Positions 51,694-62,880 of a stretch of 64,000 nucleotides of DNA are shown here, piece after piece (positions within the stretch are counted from its first letter, which is position 1; each line of letters starts with the position of its first letter). The notes below the pieces were generated by a model. The model did not search any database and was not told the origin of the DNA. It saw only the letters and a list, made by a program, of their open reading frames with translations. A program made the translations under genes and the position numbers. Source of the stretch: Microcoleus sp. (GTDB lineage Bacteria; Cyanobacteriota; Cyanobacteriia; Cyanobacteriales; Microcoleaceae); NCBI GenBank assembly GCA_042408215.1, contig JAYFMW010000003.1, positions 384,001 to 448,000 of the forward strand, written 5' to 3'.

Positions 51694-52527
51694 TTAAGGT
51701 AGCCAAGGATACTGACGAAAATCTGGTTGCCGCTTTTCTAAAAACGCTTGTTTGCCTTCGGCTCCTTCCTCTGTCATATAGTAGAGCAAGGTGGCGTTTC
51801 CCGCTAGTTCTTGCAAGCCGGCTTGACCGTCGCAGTCGGCATTGAAAGCAGATTTTAAACAGCGAATCGCGATCGGACTTTTCTCTAAAATTTCCGAAGC
51901 CCACTTAATTCCTTCTAGTTCGAGTTGTTCGACGGGCACGACGCAGTTTACTAAACCCATTTCTAAGGCTTGTTGTGCGCTGTACTGGCGACACAAAAAC
52001 CAAATTTCTCGCGCTTTTTTCTGGCCGACAACCCGCGCTAGATAGCTAGCTCCGAAACCGCCGTCGAAACTCCCTACTTTCGGGCCGGTTTGTCCGAAAA
52101 TCCCATTGTCAGCAGCGATCGTCAAGTCGCAAATTAAGTGTAAAACGTGACCCCCTCCGATCGCGTAACCTGCAACTAGGGCTATTACAACTTTCGGCAT
52201 CGATCGAATCAACTTTTGTAAGTCGAGTACGTTCAAGCGGGGAATGCCGCCGTCATCCACATAGCCGGCAGAACCCCGCACGCTTTGGTCTCCACCAGCA
52301 CAAAAGGCATATTTCCCGTCCGTGTGAGGCCCTGCACCAGTAAACAGGACAACGCCGATTTTAGTGTCTTCGCGTGCGTCAGCAAAGGCATCGCACAGTT
52401 CAAAGACGGTTTTGGGACGAAAAGCGTTCCGCTTTTCAGGTCGATCGATCGTAATTTTGGCGATGCCGCCGTTTTTGTGGTAGAGAATATCTTCGTAGGT
52501 TTTGGCGGTTTGCCATTCAATTTCCAT
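51694..52527 (-). CDS. menB: 1,4-dihydroxy-2-naphthoyl-CoA synthase
   Basis: [35 protein letters not shown]. Confidence 0.97.
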   Translation of the reverse strand: MEIEWQTAKTYEDILYHKNGGIAKITIDRPEKRNAFRPKTVFELCDAFADAREDTKIGVVLFTGAGPHTDGKYAFCAGGDQSVRGSAGYVDDGGIPRLNVLDLQKLIRSMPKVVIALVAGYAIGGGHVLHLICDLTIAADNGIFGQTGPKVGSFDGGFGASYLARVVGQKKAREIWFLCRQYSAQQALEMGLVNCVVPVEQLELEGIKWASEILEKSPIAIRCLKSAFNADCDGQAGLQELAGNATLLYYMTEEGAEGKQAFLEKRQPDFRQYPWLP

Positions 52528-52699
52528 AATCAATCGATTTGAGATTGCTGATTTGAGCTTTAACACTGTACATTAATGTACCGTCAGTCATTGAGCGTCA
52601 TATTGATTTGGTACTCACTCAGAGAAACCATTCCCCGGAATCCCCCGTCATCCCGATCGCCCGTGCCATTTATATTTTTACTCTTCGAGCGCCCTTTAT

Positions 52700-52994
52700 A
52701 AGAAATACCCTGAAAACCCTGCGACTTTAGTCCAGGGATGAAAGGGCGTTGCAGGATTTATCCTGCCTGCCCCATCTTGACAAACTGATTTTGGTTTGAT
52801 AAAGTTGTTGAAACTTAGTTGGTGAAAAACCCGACAGTTGCAAGCCGTTAGGCACCAAAGTAGCCATAGACTCAGCCACTCGCTGTGTGGGTAGTGGGTA
52901 TCTGACTTACCCTTTAAGAATTAAACTTTGGGCGGATTCATCCCCCAATGTTTGTCCTTAAGAATCCCCGCGTCTTCAGACCGGGGAGTGTCAA
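52700..52994 (+). mobile_element. ORF-less mini derivative of the 37459-38906 element with promoter and omega-RNA
   Basis: 52 nt identical at the left end (including TTAT); about 115 nt highly similar at the right end ending GTGTCAA. Confidence 0.9.
52777..52805 (+). promoter_or_regulatory. Sigma70-type promoter
   Basis: TTGACA-N17-TAAAGT. Confidence 0.7.
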
Positions 52995-53035
52995 TTGTGC
53001 CCTAACAGAGACAGCAGATGTTTTGCTGCTTTGCC

Positions 53036-54448
53036 AAATAGCTGGTAAAAGTATAGTCATCTATTACAGTGCCGTGGGAGGCGTTGAATCCCTCCCCTTT
53101 CGCTTTCACTTCGAGCGGATTCAACCGCCTCGGCTGAACTAGGCCCACGACCTATCCCATTGCACAAGGCATTTGGGATTGCTTTTCTCAATATATTGTA
53201 AGACCCGTTAACATCAGCATTAATCAATCTACCCCTCGATGTTTTGTACAATCCTCTCTTAATTCGTTGGCCACTAAATGTGACATCCAGGGCACCAATA
53301 CTCCCGTATACAGGAATTGGATCTAAATTCAGAAAACTGGATTGAGAAGTATATGATTCTTGCTGCACCATCACTCTTATTCCGACCAATTCAGCTTTGT
53401 ATTCCAACATCTCAATTAATCGAGCATGAGGAACAGTTACGAAGTTCTGATTAGTTTTTTTTCCCAAATTAATCTCGTTTTTCCATTGTACATTTTTCCC
53501 TATTACCAGAGTCCCAATCTTTCCTGAACTTAAAAGATTGATGATAGAACGACTGGCCTGGTGTAAGTAATTATCGATTTTCTGGTTTCTACAACGAGTC
53601 AAGCGCTGAATCCTACGCGATGTTTTGCGACTCTCTTTCAATCGAGATTGTAGATGTGCTTTACGCTTATTGTAAAACTGATTAATTGATTTTAATGGTC
53701 GCCCGTTAATCAGTAAAGGGACAAATCCCGGCTGATTTGAAGTTAGCGCCACTAAATTATTCAATCCTAAATCAATACTAGCTACTAATTCTTTCTGATT
53801 TTCATCAATGGTGGACTCCGGCTCATCATAAATTACCTCGATTACATAAGAATCACATTTGGAAGTCTAACTTGACAAATTTGCTCTGGTTTTACCTGGG
53901 TCTTAATCAAGATCTTAGTCCCGGACAGATGGATAATTCCTTTCTTCAATTGCTTGCTACTAATCGCCTGAATCGTATAAACGAGAATGTTTCGCCCTTT
54001 GATTTTATCTTTGTATTTGGGTGTTTTTGGCCGTCCACTAAATTTTGTGGGTTCATTTTTGTAAGCTTTAATGGCTTCAAAAAACCCTGGCCAATTCTTG
54101 TCCAATCTCATCAATATTTGTAGACTTACTTTAGCTGGTAATGCCTTATATGCTGGATGAGATTTCATCAACTGAGCCATTTTGTTGTAATTCAGATATC
54201 CCCATCCGTATAGGAAGTTTTGGCCAATCACGTAGTTAGCAGCATTGTAAAGATTTTTAGATTGAAATGCTAATCCATCGATCGGGGCGAAACTATGTTC
54301 TGTGGATTTAATGATGTGCCTCTCTGCTAGTTGCATTCAGACTCTCCATTTTTCAACAAGCGCAATAATTCTCTCAGTTGAGCCTTCTGACTATATGATA
54401 CTACCATTGCTTACTACTGCTTACAAACTTAATAAAGTTTTATAATAC
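53036..54448 (-). mobile_element. tnpB element, frameshifted (paralog of 41106-42529)
   Basis: ORFs 53842-54336 and 53057-53764 align with 41215-42450; frameshift near 53860. Confidence 0.88.
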
Positions 54449-54499
54449 CGGATCCCGCGACTCGAATTCGATGGTCGCGAGTAAAGCTTGAACTTCGCC

Positions 54500-54690
54500 A
54501 AAAACTTCGGGGTCAATCCCTCCTTCTTTCGTAAATACAGCGTCTACGATCATCACTCCGCGCAGCACCGCAATCAGAGCCGCCAGAAACACTACAACAG
54601 AGTGATATCTTGTTCGCGGAGCTTTTGCCCACTAATGCGGGGACAACAGCTCAACAACTTCCGTGCCGATCGTGGTGGTGTCCATCATCA
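54500..54690 (-). pseudogene. Possible N-terminal remnant of a TerB-like/dynamin-associated protein
   Basis: MDTTTIGTEVVELLSRISGQKLREQDIT then, after a frameshift, VVFLAALIAVLRGV; recognition from memory only. Confidence 0.3.
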
Positions 54691-54802
54691 AAAATTACTG
54701 TCGATTTGGCTGTGATACAACTTTCTTTTTCGATCTTAACTTTTTCCTGCGCGTCCTCCATTCTGCTGACCTACGTGTTATAAAACTTTATGATCTTTAA
54801 TG

Positions 54803-54990
54803 GGGAATTGGGAATTGGGCTCTAGCGTTGCTCCGGGATGGGGAATTGGGCTCTAGCGTTGCTCCGGGATGGGGAATGGGTAGCAAATAACCCATAAGCC
54901 ATAACCCATAAGCCATACAGAACTAATAACCAATAACCAATAACTAATAACTAATAACTAATAACTAATAACTAATAACTAATAACTAAT
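54803..54990 (+). repeat. 31-bp tandem duplication and (ACTAATA)n array abutting the tadA start
   Basis: GGGAATTGGGCTCTAGCGTTGCTCCGGGATG twice; heptamers run into ATG. Confidence 0.85.
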
Positions 54991-55477
54991 GACTAATTAT
55001 CTGATCCATAGGCAGTGGATGAATAGGGCTGTGGAACTCGCACAAGCAGCCGGGGATGCTGGTGAAGTACCCGTTGGTGCTGTGATTGTTGACGGTACCG
55101 GTAAGTTGATTGCTCAAGCGCAAAATCGGCGAGAGCGAGATTGCGATCCGACAGCCCACGCTGAAATCTTGGCTCTGCGCGCGGCTGGGCAAGTTTTGCA
55201 AGATTGGCATCTCAACCAATGCACGCTCTACGTGACCCTGGAGCCTTGCCCGATGTGTACTGGTGCTATAGTACAAGCTCGGATCGGTTTGCTGGTATAC
55301 GGAGCAGATGACCCAAAAACCGGCACGATTCGGACTGTGGCTAATATTCCAGATAGCGCCCCTTCCTGTCACCGGTTGTCTGTGCTCGGTGGCATTATGG
55401 AGTCGGTTTGCCGCCAGCAGTTGCTTTCTTGGTTTGAAGCCCGAAGGGGAGAAGGGGAGAAATCCGATCGCTGTTAG
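54989..55477 (+). CDS. tadA: tRNA-specific adenosine deaminase
   Basis: GEVPVGAV, PTAHAEI, LYVTLEPCPMC. Confidence 0.95.
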   Translation: MTNYLIHRQWMNRAVELAQAAGDAGEVPVGAVIVDGTGKLIAQAQNRRERDCDPTAHAEILALRAAGQVLQDWHLNQCTLYVTLEPCPMCTGAIVQARIGLLVYGADDPKTGTIRTVANIPDSAPSCHRLSVLGGIMESVCRQQLLSWFEARRGEGEKSDRC

Positions 55478-55538
55478 AGCCCCGAATTCTTGCAAAAGTC
55501 GGGGTTCTGGATCTTCGGTTTTTTTACCTTAAATGTGA

Positions 55539-56943
55539 CAAGAATGCTCCCGCCTGCTCGAAGAGAGGCGGTGAGATGAATTGTCGCCAATAAACAACTG
55601 CGAAGCATCTTTTGAGAATAAAATATTGCGTTGTTTTCCTGCAGGATGGTATTGTAATTTTATGATAACACTAGCCTACGAGTACAAACTAGCTCCCACA
55701 CCCGAACAGATAAAGACTTTTGACAATTGGTTAGAGGTCTGCCGCTCGGTATGGAACTTTGCGCTTAGAGAACGCAAGGATTGGGTTAACTCTAGGAAGT
55801 GCGCTCTCAAAGCTTGTAGCATTTTATCGGAATATATAATTCCAGCAGATGCTAAACGTCCTACCTATGCTGGTCAGTGCAAAGGATTAACAAGAGCCAA
55901 GCAAGAATACCCACATCTTAAAACCGTACATTCCCAAGTGTTACAGCAAGTTTTGAAACAACTTGAGACAGCATTTGTGTCAATATGGGAAAGAGGATTT
56001 GGGTTTCCTAGATTCAAGAAAAAGATGCGTTCGTTTGTGTTTCCGCAAATGAAAACAGAATATCTAGTTGGGGATGTGGTTAAACTGCCTAGCATCGGGA
56101 TGGTCCCCATCCGTTGATCTCGTCCGATACCTGTTGGATTTGTCCTGAAGCAGGCAAGGATAGTTAAACGCGCATCTCGTTATTATGTGTGCTTTCATTG
56201 CAGTGTAATGTGAATGTACCTGACGTACCTCCTCACGGAGAGCCGTTAGGAATTGACGTGGGACTGACTTATTTCGGGGCTACATCCATAGGCGAGTTGG
56301 TTGAAAGACCTCGTTTCTTTGTCGATGCTTCACGTAAGCTGAAATTGCTACAAAAACGGCTAAAACATAAGAAGAAAGGTAGTAATAACTGGCATCAGCT
56401 CAACCAAAAAATAGCGAGGCTACAGGAACACATTTCTAATTCCAGAAAAAATTGGCATTTCAAATTAAGCCATCATCTCTGTAACCAAGCAGGAATGATT
56501 TTTGCTGAACATTTGAATTTAAAAGCCATGTCTAAAGGGATGCTGTGCAAACATACCTTGGACGCTGGCTTTGGTCAGTTTCTTAAGTTCTTGAGTTGGG
56601 TGTGTTGGAAACGTGATGTATACTTGGCAAAAGTAGATTGCAGAGGTACGTCTCAAACTTGCCCTATATGTGATGCCCACACTCCCAAAGATTTAAGTGT
56701 TAGAGTACATGAATGTGCTTGTGGGTATCGAACTAATAGAGATATTGCAGCAGCTCAAGTAGTGAAAAAGCGAGGACTTTTAAACCTTAAAGCCGATGGA
56801 CAAACGGTGTTTAAAAATGTCTGTGGAGACGGTCTAACGGGGATAGAAATATCTAGTCAAGAGTCTTTGAAGCAGAAAATTCAAGCTGTGAAGTTTGGAA
56901 TCCCCCACTGTACCCGATAGGATCAGTGGTGGGAGGATGTCAA
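55539..56943 (+). mobile_element. tnpB-only element; tnpB (55662-56920) inactivated
   Basis: TGA at 56115 in place of Trp and a frameshift near 56190; right end GGGAGGATGTCAA. Confidence 0.87.
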
Positions 56944-57113
56944 TCGATCGCCGAAGTTTAATCGCACTTGGCTACTTAGCTGAAATAATAGATGAGTAAA
57001 TGCCCGATCGAAGGAACAGGCATTTAGTGCCTCTGATGCGCTGCTGTCGGGTTAGCTAAGGTTTTACCTGTCCGACAGGAGATCTTGCGGGGGCGATCGT
57101 TCGATTTGTATCC

Positions 57114-57510
57114 GTCAGTAACTCAGCCCGCTCCGGGACTGAGCTTGTAAGAGTAATCGCACTTCGATTTCGCGAGCGTGACCGGCTGTACTGACCAGCT
57201 ATCGTCTTAACTGACTACGTTATTTGAGTCAAGACACTGCTTGAATGCGACGCTAGTTTTGGGCTCTGTCGCTAGTGGTTAAACAGTTTTAAAGTCACGC
57301 TTTACAGTGCTGCTAGCCCAACAAGCTCTTATAACAAAGGCGCGCGCGAACATTACCCGCAAGGGATTCGGAGACAACCCGATCTCCACTCTGGGGCAAC
57401 CATACCCCTCCACCCCCACCAGGGGGATTCACTCTTGACTGAAGTCCCCCTTAGAGTTTCCCACTCTTCGGGCTGAAGCCTCTGAGTTTCCCACTTACCG
57501 AACTTTTTTT
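57114..57510 (+). ncRNA. Standalone IscB-type omega-RNA in a non-autonomous element
   Basis: Colinear blocks with 23065-23295 and the same 3' end GAGTTTCCCACTTACCGA..TTTTT followed by ATGA; no iscB ORF. Confidence 0.85.
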
Positions 57511-57604
57511 ATGACAATAGCAAAACTGTCCCGATCGACAGACTAAAGATTTGCCAAAAAGTATAACTTTAGACTCTAGACATCAATAAAGCAGCTTAAT
57601 TGCT

Positions 57605-58330
57605 ATGCGTCATACCGCCACGATCGCCATTGATTCGAGTAAATCATCTCTAGTGAAGCCAATGCCCGCCAAGGTAGCATCTAATACCTCTCTCGTTTCT
57701 CCTTGGTTAACCTCCTTACTCTATCCCCTAGGTCACTATGTTGTCCTACCGTTTTACTTTGGCCAGATAGAGATTGCCGGACAGGAGCACCTCCCGAAGG
57801 ACGGGCCTGTAATTTTAGCCCCTACGCACCGTTCCCGCTGGGATGCCCTGATGATGCCCTATTCCACAGGACAGAAGGTGACTGGACGCGATTTGCGCTT
57901 TATGGTCACTGCTGATGAGATGCAAGGACTGCAAGGTTGGTTCATCAGGCATTTGGGAGGTTTTGCTGTCGATCTCCGGCATCCCGCCATTAGCAGTCTC
58001 CGTTATGGCGTAGAATTGCTTCTTTCCAAGGAAATGTTGGTCATTTTTCCCGAAGGTGGCATTTTTCAGGATGGTGAAGTTCACCCGATTAAGCCTGGAT
58101 TGGCTCGTTTGGCAATCCAAGCGGAGTCTCTAGAACCTGGTTTGGGGGTAAAAATTGTACCGATGAGTATTCGCTACCGCCCCCGTGTTCCTCGATGGGG
58201 TTCTGATGTGAAAATTGCGATCGGTTCTCCGCTTTCGGTGGCGGATTATGCGACTGGCGGCGGGAAAAAGGAGGCGCGATTGTTGACTGCGGATTTAGAA
58301 ATTGCTCTGAAAAATCTCGATCAAAGTTAA
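57605..58330 (+). CDS. plsC: 1-acyl-sn-glycerol-3-phosphate (lysophospholipid) acyltransferase
   Basis: THRSRWD (HX4D), IFPEGG, KPGLARLA. Confidence 0.88.
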   Translation: MRHTATIAIDSSKSSLVKPMPAKVASNTSLVSPWLTSLLYPLGHYVVLPFYFGQIEIAGQEHLPKDGPVILAPTHRSRWDALMMPYSTGQKVTGRDLRFMVTADEMQGLQGWFIRHLGGFAVDLRHPAISSLRYGVELLLSKEMLVIFPEGGIFQDGEVHPIKPGLARLAIQAESLEPGLGVKIVPMSIRYRPRVPRWGSDVKIAIGSPLSVADYATGGGKKEARLLTADLEIALKNLDQS

Positions 58331-58544
58331 TAATTGTCATCCGATTTGAGATTTGAGATTTGAGATTTGAGATTGAACCCGTCCTGAGCCAACGCAGAGC
58401 TTCGGGACTGCGAAGGAATGAATCCGGGAACCCCGGATAAAATTGCTTGATTGTCAGTTGTTAGTTGTTAGTTGTGAAGTGATATAATATTTGTGACAAC
58501 TTGTGAAAGTAGTGGTAAATTTTTGCTATATGATGTCAGGATTA

Positions 58545-58913
58545 ATGGGTTTTGATTTGAACTTTAAGCCTGGTCAAATTGTCAGTTTAGAGTGTGGAGA
58601 TGCGTGTCTGCATTCCGAGGTAATTCAGGTGGTTGAGGCGCGTCAAGTTTGTTGGGTGCGCCCTTTGATGTTAGTTGTATTAGTGTCGGGGAAGGATTCA
58701 TCGGAAGAATACACTTTATCCGATTTACGAGATGGTGCTGATTTGCTTTGGCCGCTGAGTTTGTTTCGGGTGGCCTTGGATACAGAAGTAATTTCACTGT
58801 TGACTCAGTTGCAGTCTCTGGATTCTGAGAAAAAAGATGCTGTTATTGCTTCTCGGCAACTTAGGGATTTTGTCGATCGAGTTTGGGCAGCTTTTCCAAC
58901 AGCTTTTAATTAG
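58545..58913 (+). CDS. Hypothetical cyanobacterial protein
   Basis: Open frame with CWVRPL, DLLWP, ALDTEV. Confidence 0.7.
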   Translation: MGFDLNFKPGQIVSLECGDACLHSEVIQVVEARQVCWVRPLMLVVLVSGKDSSEEYTLSDLRDGADLLWPLSLFRVALDTEVISLLTQLQSLDSEKKDAVIASRQLRDFVDRVWAAFPTAFN

Positions 58914-59303
58914 TCATTAGTCATTAGTCATTAGTCATTAGTCATTAGTCATCAGTCATCAGTCATTAGTCATCAGTCATTAGTCAACAGTCATTAGTCA
59001 TCAGTCATTAGTCATTAGTCAACAGTCAACAGTCATTAGTCATCAGTCATTAGTCATCAGTCATTAGTCAACAGTCAACAGTCAACAGTCATTAGTCATC
59101 AGTCATTAGTCATCAGTCATTAGTCATCAGTCATTAGTCAACAGTCAACAGTCAACAGTCATCAGTCATTAGTCATCAGTCATTAGTCATCAGTCATTAG
59201 TCATCAGTCATTAGTCATTAGTCATCAGTCATTAGTCATCAGTCATTAGTCATCAGTCATTAGTCAACAGTCAACAGTCATCAGTCATCAGTCATCAGTC
59301 AAC
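58910..59303 (+). repeat. Long STRR array (AGTCATT/AGTCATC/AGTCAAC)
   Basis: About 56 heptamers between convergent genes. Confidence 0.97.
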
Positions 59304-59340
59304 AAAATAAAACAAAGCTCGCAATCACAAAAATATTAAT

Positions 59341-60105
59341 TTAAAATATCGCGTGTGAAAGTTCTTCAGGGTTGAGATTATTGTGAATAACTTGACCGTC
59401 GCGGAACCAGACAACTCGCCGAGTTTGGCGCGCTACTTCCGGTTCGTGCGTTACCATAACAACAGTCATGCCACTAGCATTGAATTCTGTAAAAATATCC
59501 ATTACTTCTTGGGTAGTTTTAGTATCTAATGCACCTGTAGGTTCGTCAGCAAGTAACAATACAGGACGGTTGACAATAGCCCGCGCGATCGCAACTCGCT
59601 GCTGCTGTCCTCCTGATAGTTGATTCGGTCTATTTTGCAGCCGACTTTCCAAGCCTACCTTCGTTAAAGCATCTACTGCCCGTTCGCGTCTTTCCGCTGC
59701 GGGAACACCGGCATAAACCATCGGCAACATCACATTTTCTAAGGCTGTCAACTGAGACAACAGGTGAAATTGCTGGAAGACAAAACCTAATTTTAAATTG
59801 CGAATTCCGGCCAATTCTGCTTCCGGCATTTGGGCGACATCTACGCCGTCTAAGTAATAGCTGCCACTCGTAGGTCGATCGAGACAACCGATAATATTCA
59901 TAGCTGTAGATTTTCCCGAACCCGATGCGCCCATAATCGCACAATATTCTCCTTGTCTTACCGTCAAGCTGACACCGTTTAAAGCGCGAACTTCCAGGTC
60001 GCCAATCCCGTAAACTTTTGTGACATCTTCGAGACCGACAATAACGGGTTTTGACAGGACTTGCTGGTCGAGGTCTTGGTAGGTATCGGTTTGTAGTTCA
60101 GGCAT
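59341..60105 (-). CDS. ABC transporter ATP-binding protein (LolD/MacB-like)
   Basis: GASGSGKST, LSGGQQQRV, LLADEPTGALD, VTHE. Confidence 0.95.
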   Translation of the reverse strand: MPELQTDTYQDLDQQVLSKPVIVGLEDVTKVYGIGDLEVRALNGVSLTVRQGEYCAIMGASGSGKSTAMNIIGCLDRPTSGSYYLDGVDVAQMPEAELAGIRNLKLGFVFQQFHLLSQLTALENVMLPMVYAGVPAAERRERAVDALTKVGLESRLQNRPNQLSGGQQQRVAIARAIVNRPVLLLADEPTGALDTKTTQEVMDIFTEFNASGMTVVMVTHEPEVARQTRRVVWFRDGQVIHNNLNPEELSHAIF

Positions 60106-61081
60106 TTTTTTTCTGTGCGATCGACACAACTAACTACTAACTTAACACTTCCGCACACTTTGACGGTTTGATTTAACAAAAAAGCGACCTGCAAGCGATC
60201 GCCCATCATCTCGTTACTTTAACTCATTGTACAGTTCGCGAAACACTAGATCCGCGAGCTTACGGCAACTAGCATTCCGAGCATCGGCGAGCCTGCCTCC
60301 GCGCTTTTTAGTTCCATCGCTTTCAAACGCGCGACTGACAAAATATTCGCGTAATTCCAACTGCAATACAGTGTAAGACTGTCCTTTGAGCTTCTGCGGT
60401 TCAATGCGGCAGTGCACGTAAGTCCACATCGTGCTCCTAGTGTTGGCACACCCCGTCCACTTGCTACCACCGCCACCTGCCCGGACTTGCCCGCTAGATC
60501 TCTCAACTTTGCCAAGTCCGCAAGCTTGTCGAAATCGTCGGAGCGCGCGCTTCTTCGGCAAGCACTGGAAGTCCTCGAACGGGAATATTCGAGAGAGAAT
60601 CCAGCCGCGCTCGCGGTAGCCGAATGCAAACTTTTCAAAAATTCGGTGATAAGGATCGAAGTCAGGCTCGCCAAGCAGGTCAATCAATCTGCGTTCAACT
60701 CTTGCCTCGGTATCGTGCAGGTCGCAAACCACCGCTGCGAGTTCCCGCGTCATTTCGGAGATATTTGCCCGATCGCACTTTTGCTCTTTCTCATAGTGAT
60801 TTTTGAATCGCGACAGAATGTTTTTAGACAGAAAGTTGCCGCGGTCGGCGAGCCACGCCCAAAACGCCGGCGGTTTGCCCGGTTCGAGCGAACCGTTTTG
60901 CCGCTGGCTGTTGACCGTCGCGCGCGCTGGATATTCCGCTCTATAAGACTTAGACAAAGTTAGACACCGTTAGATGTTTTTACTCTGATGCTTATTTCCT
61001 GTTTCAGCGTAGTCTCAGAATGACTTCTGAGGGTTTGTCTACTCCACAGGCAATCTCGGTAGAGCTTACCGTTTGATTCAT

Positions 61082-62209
61082 TCAATCTGAGCGAATCGGA
61101 ACGTGAATTCCTTCAAACCATCGCTCGATATTTTTAGCAGCATTCAAGTCTCTGTCTTCTGTGTGACCGCAATCAGGACACACATAAACTCGATTCTTTA
61201 ATGGCATTTTGTGGCGGTGATTTCCACAATTTGAGCAAATCTGAGAACTCGGAAAAAAGCGGTCAACTAGAATCAACTGACTAGAAAAATTTTCAGTTTT
61301 GTATTCTAGTTGTCGCTGAAATTCGTACATTCCACAATCTGCAATTGCACCCGCCAATTTGTGATTTTTCAAAAATGCTTTGACATTCAAGTCCTCAATT
61401 TTAATCACGCTGTGGTTTTTAGCGAGATAATTAGTGAGTTTGTGAATAGCATCTTTGCGGATGAATGAGATGCGAGAATGCAGCTTTGCTAACTTTCTAA
61501 CGGCTTTAGTCCGGTTCTTTGAGCCTTTAGCTTTGCGACTGACAGAACGCTGCAATCGCTTCATTTTTTTACTCATTTTGCGGTCAGCTTTAGGGTTGGC
61601 AAAAACCTTCCCGTCACTGGTAATAGCCAATTCCTTGATACCAATATCAACGCCAACAGAGGGGCGATTTAGTGGTGTTGGAGGCTGTTCAATCTCATAC
61701 TTGATAGCTATAAACCATTGCTCAGCAGTGCGACTAATTACGCAGTTATGGGTAGATGTGATAGGTAAAGGTTCGTGCAGTATAACCCAACCAATTTTAG
61801 GGAGTTTAACTCGCTTACCATCATTGCTGATACCAGGCTTGGCTTTAGTGCCTTGCTCAAGATAAAAACTGTCTTTTGACTTGCCTTTTTTCTTGAACTT
61901 AGGCTGTTTGGAGACTTTTTTGAAACATCTATCCCATGCCGTCCTTACCTCTGCTAAAGCTTGTTGTGGACTTGCTTTAGAGCTTTGATAGTACCAGGGA
62001 TTAACTGGTTTAATCTCAGCGACTAGACGTTTGTGCAAGTCAATAGCAGAGGGGATTTTGATTGCTTTGTCAGTCTCTCTAAGTTGTAAAGCTTCCTGAA
62101 TAACAGCATTGCCAAAATTGTAAGCGTGTCTGGCTACTCCACAGTGTTGACGAAATAGAGTCACCTGTTTGTTATTAGGTTTTAATTCCGTCTTAAAACT
62201 GAGTAGCAT
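61082..62209 (-). CDS. tnpB: TnpB (IS607)
   Basis: GVDIG, IEDLNV, CSNCG/CPDCG, DRDLNAA. Confidence 0.95.
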   Translation of the reverse strand: MLLSFKTELKPNNKQVTLFRQHCGVARHAYNFGNAVIQEALQLRETDKAIKIPSAIDLHKRLVAEIKPVNPWYYQSSKASPQQALAEVRTAWDRCFKKVSKQPKFKKKGKSKDSFYLEQGTKAKPGISNDGKRVKLPKIGWVILHEPLPITSTHNCVISRTAEQWFIAIKYEIEQPPTPLNRPSVGVDIGIKELAITSDGKVFANPKADRKMSKKMKRLQRSVSRKAKGSKNRTKAVRKLAKLHSRISFIRKDAIHKLTNYLAKNHSVIKIEDLNVKAFLKNHKLAGAIADCGMYEFQRQLEYKTENFSSQLILVDRFFPSSQICSNCGNHRHKMPLKNRVYVCPDCGHTEDRDLNAAKNIERWFEGIHVPIRSD

Positions 62210-62880
62210 TATTTTACAGCCTCCACTGCTTTAGCTATACCATCAATCAGTTTTTGGTTTTTGTGGCTTCTAGCTCCGTAAAGTCTAGCGCTAAAGACTT
62301 GAATTAATTCAATCATGTCTTGAACTAATTCCTGTTCAAAACTCAACTCATCCGGTGATTTGTTGACAATTACTACCTCGCATTCAAACTCTTCACACAT
62401 CGCAAAAACCAATTCAGAACCAAATCTAAGAAGCCGATCTTTGTGAGTGATGACAAGTCTACCAACTTCACCGGACATGATTCGTTTGAGTAGTTTTGTT
62501 AGTCCCTTTTTCTTGTAATTAAGTCCAGAACCTAAGTCTTGAATTGTCTCAAATTGCCAGCCATTAGCAGCACTAAACGATTCCAAGACAGCAGCCTGAC
62601 GCTTCAAATCTTCTTTTTGGTCGTGACTAGAAACTCTGGCATAGTTGATAGTGATTCGCTCATCTGTCTGATTCAAGTCTCTGGGAATGATTCGCTTGAT
62701 ATCGGCAAGGTAGAATCGTCTTTGTCCAGTGGGAGAGCGTTCAAACCTAATCTTGTCTGCATCAGTCCAGCGTCTCAGTGTCTTTGTCGAAATACCAAGC
62801 TCTTTGGCGGCTTCTCCGATTGAAAGGGTCACTTCTGATTGAGTCTCCAAGAGTTGCTTACCTCTAATACTACAACTCAA
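62209..62880 (-). CDS. tnpA: IS607 serine transposase
   Basis: MerR-like HTH (SIGEAAKELGISTKTLRRW), YARVSS, DLGSG, HKDRLLRFG; start uncertain. Confidence 0.95.
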   Translation of the reverse strand: MSCSIRGKQLLETQSEVTLSIGEAAKELGISTKTLRRWTDADKIRFERSPTGQRRFYLADIKRIIPRDLNQTDERITINYARVSSHDQKEDLKRQAAVLESFSAANGWQFETIQDLGSGLNYKKKGLTKLLKRIMSGEVGRLVITHKDRLLRFGSELVFAMCEEFECEVVIVNKSPDELSFEQELVQDMIELIQVFSARLYGARSHKNQKLIDGIAKAVEAVK

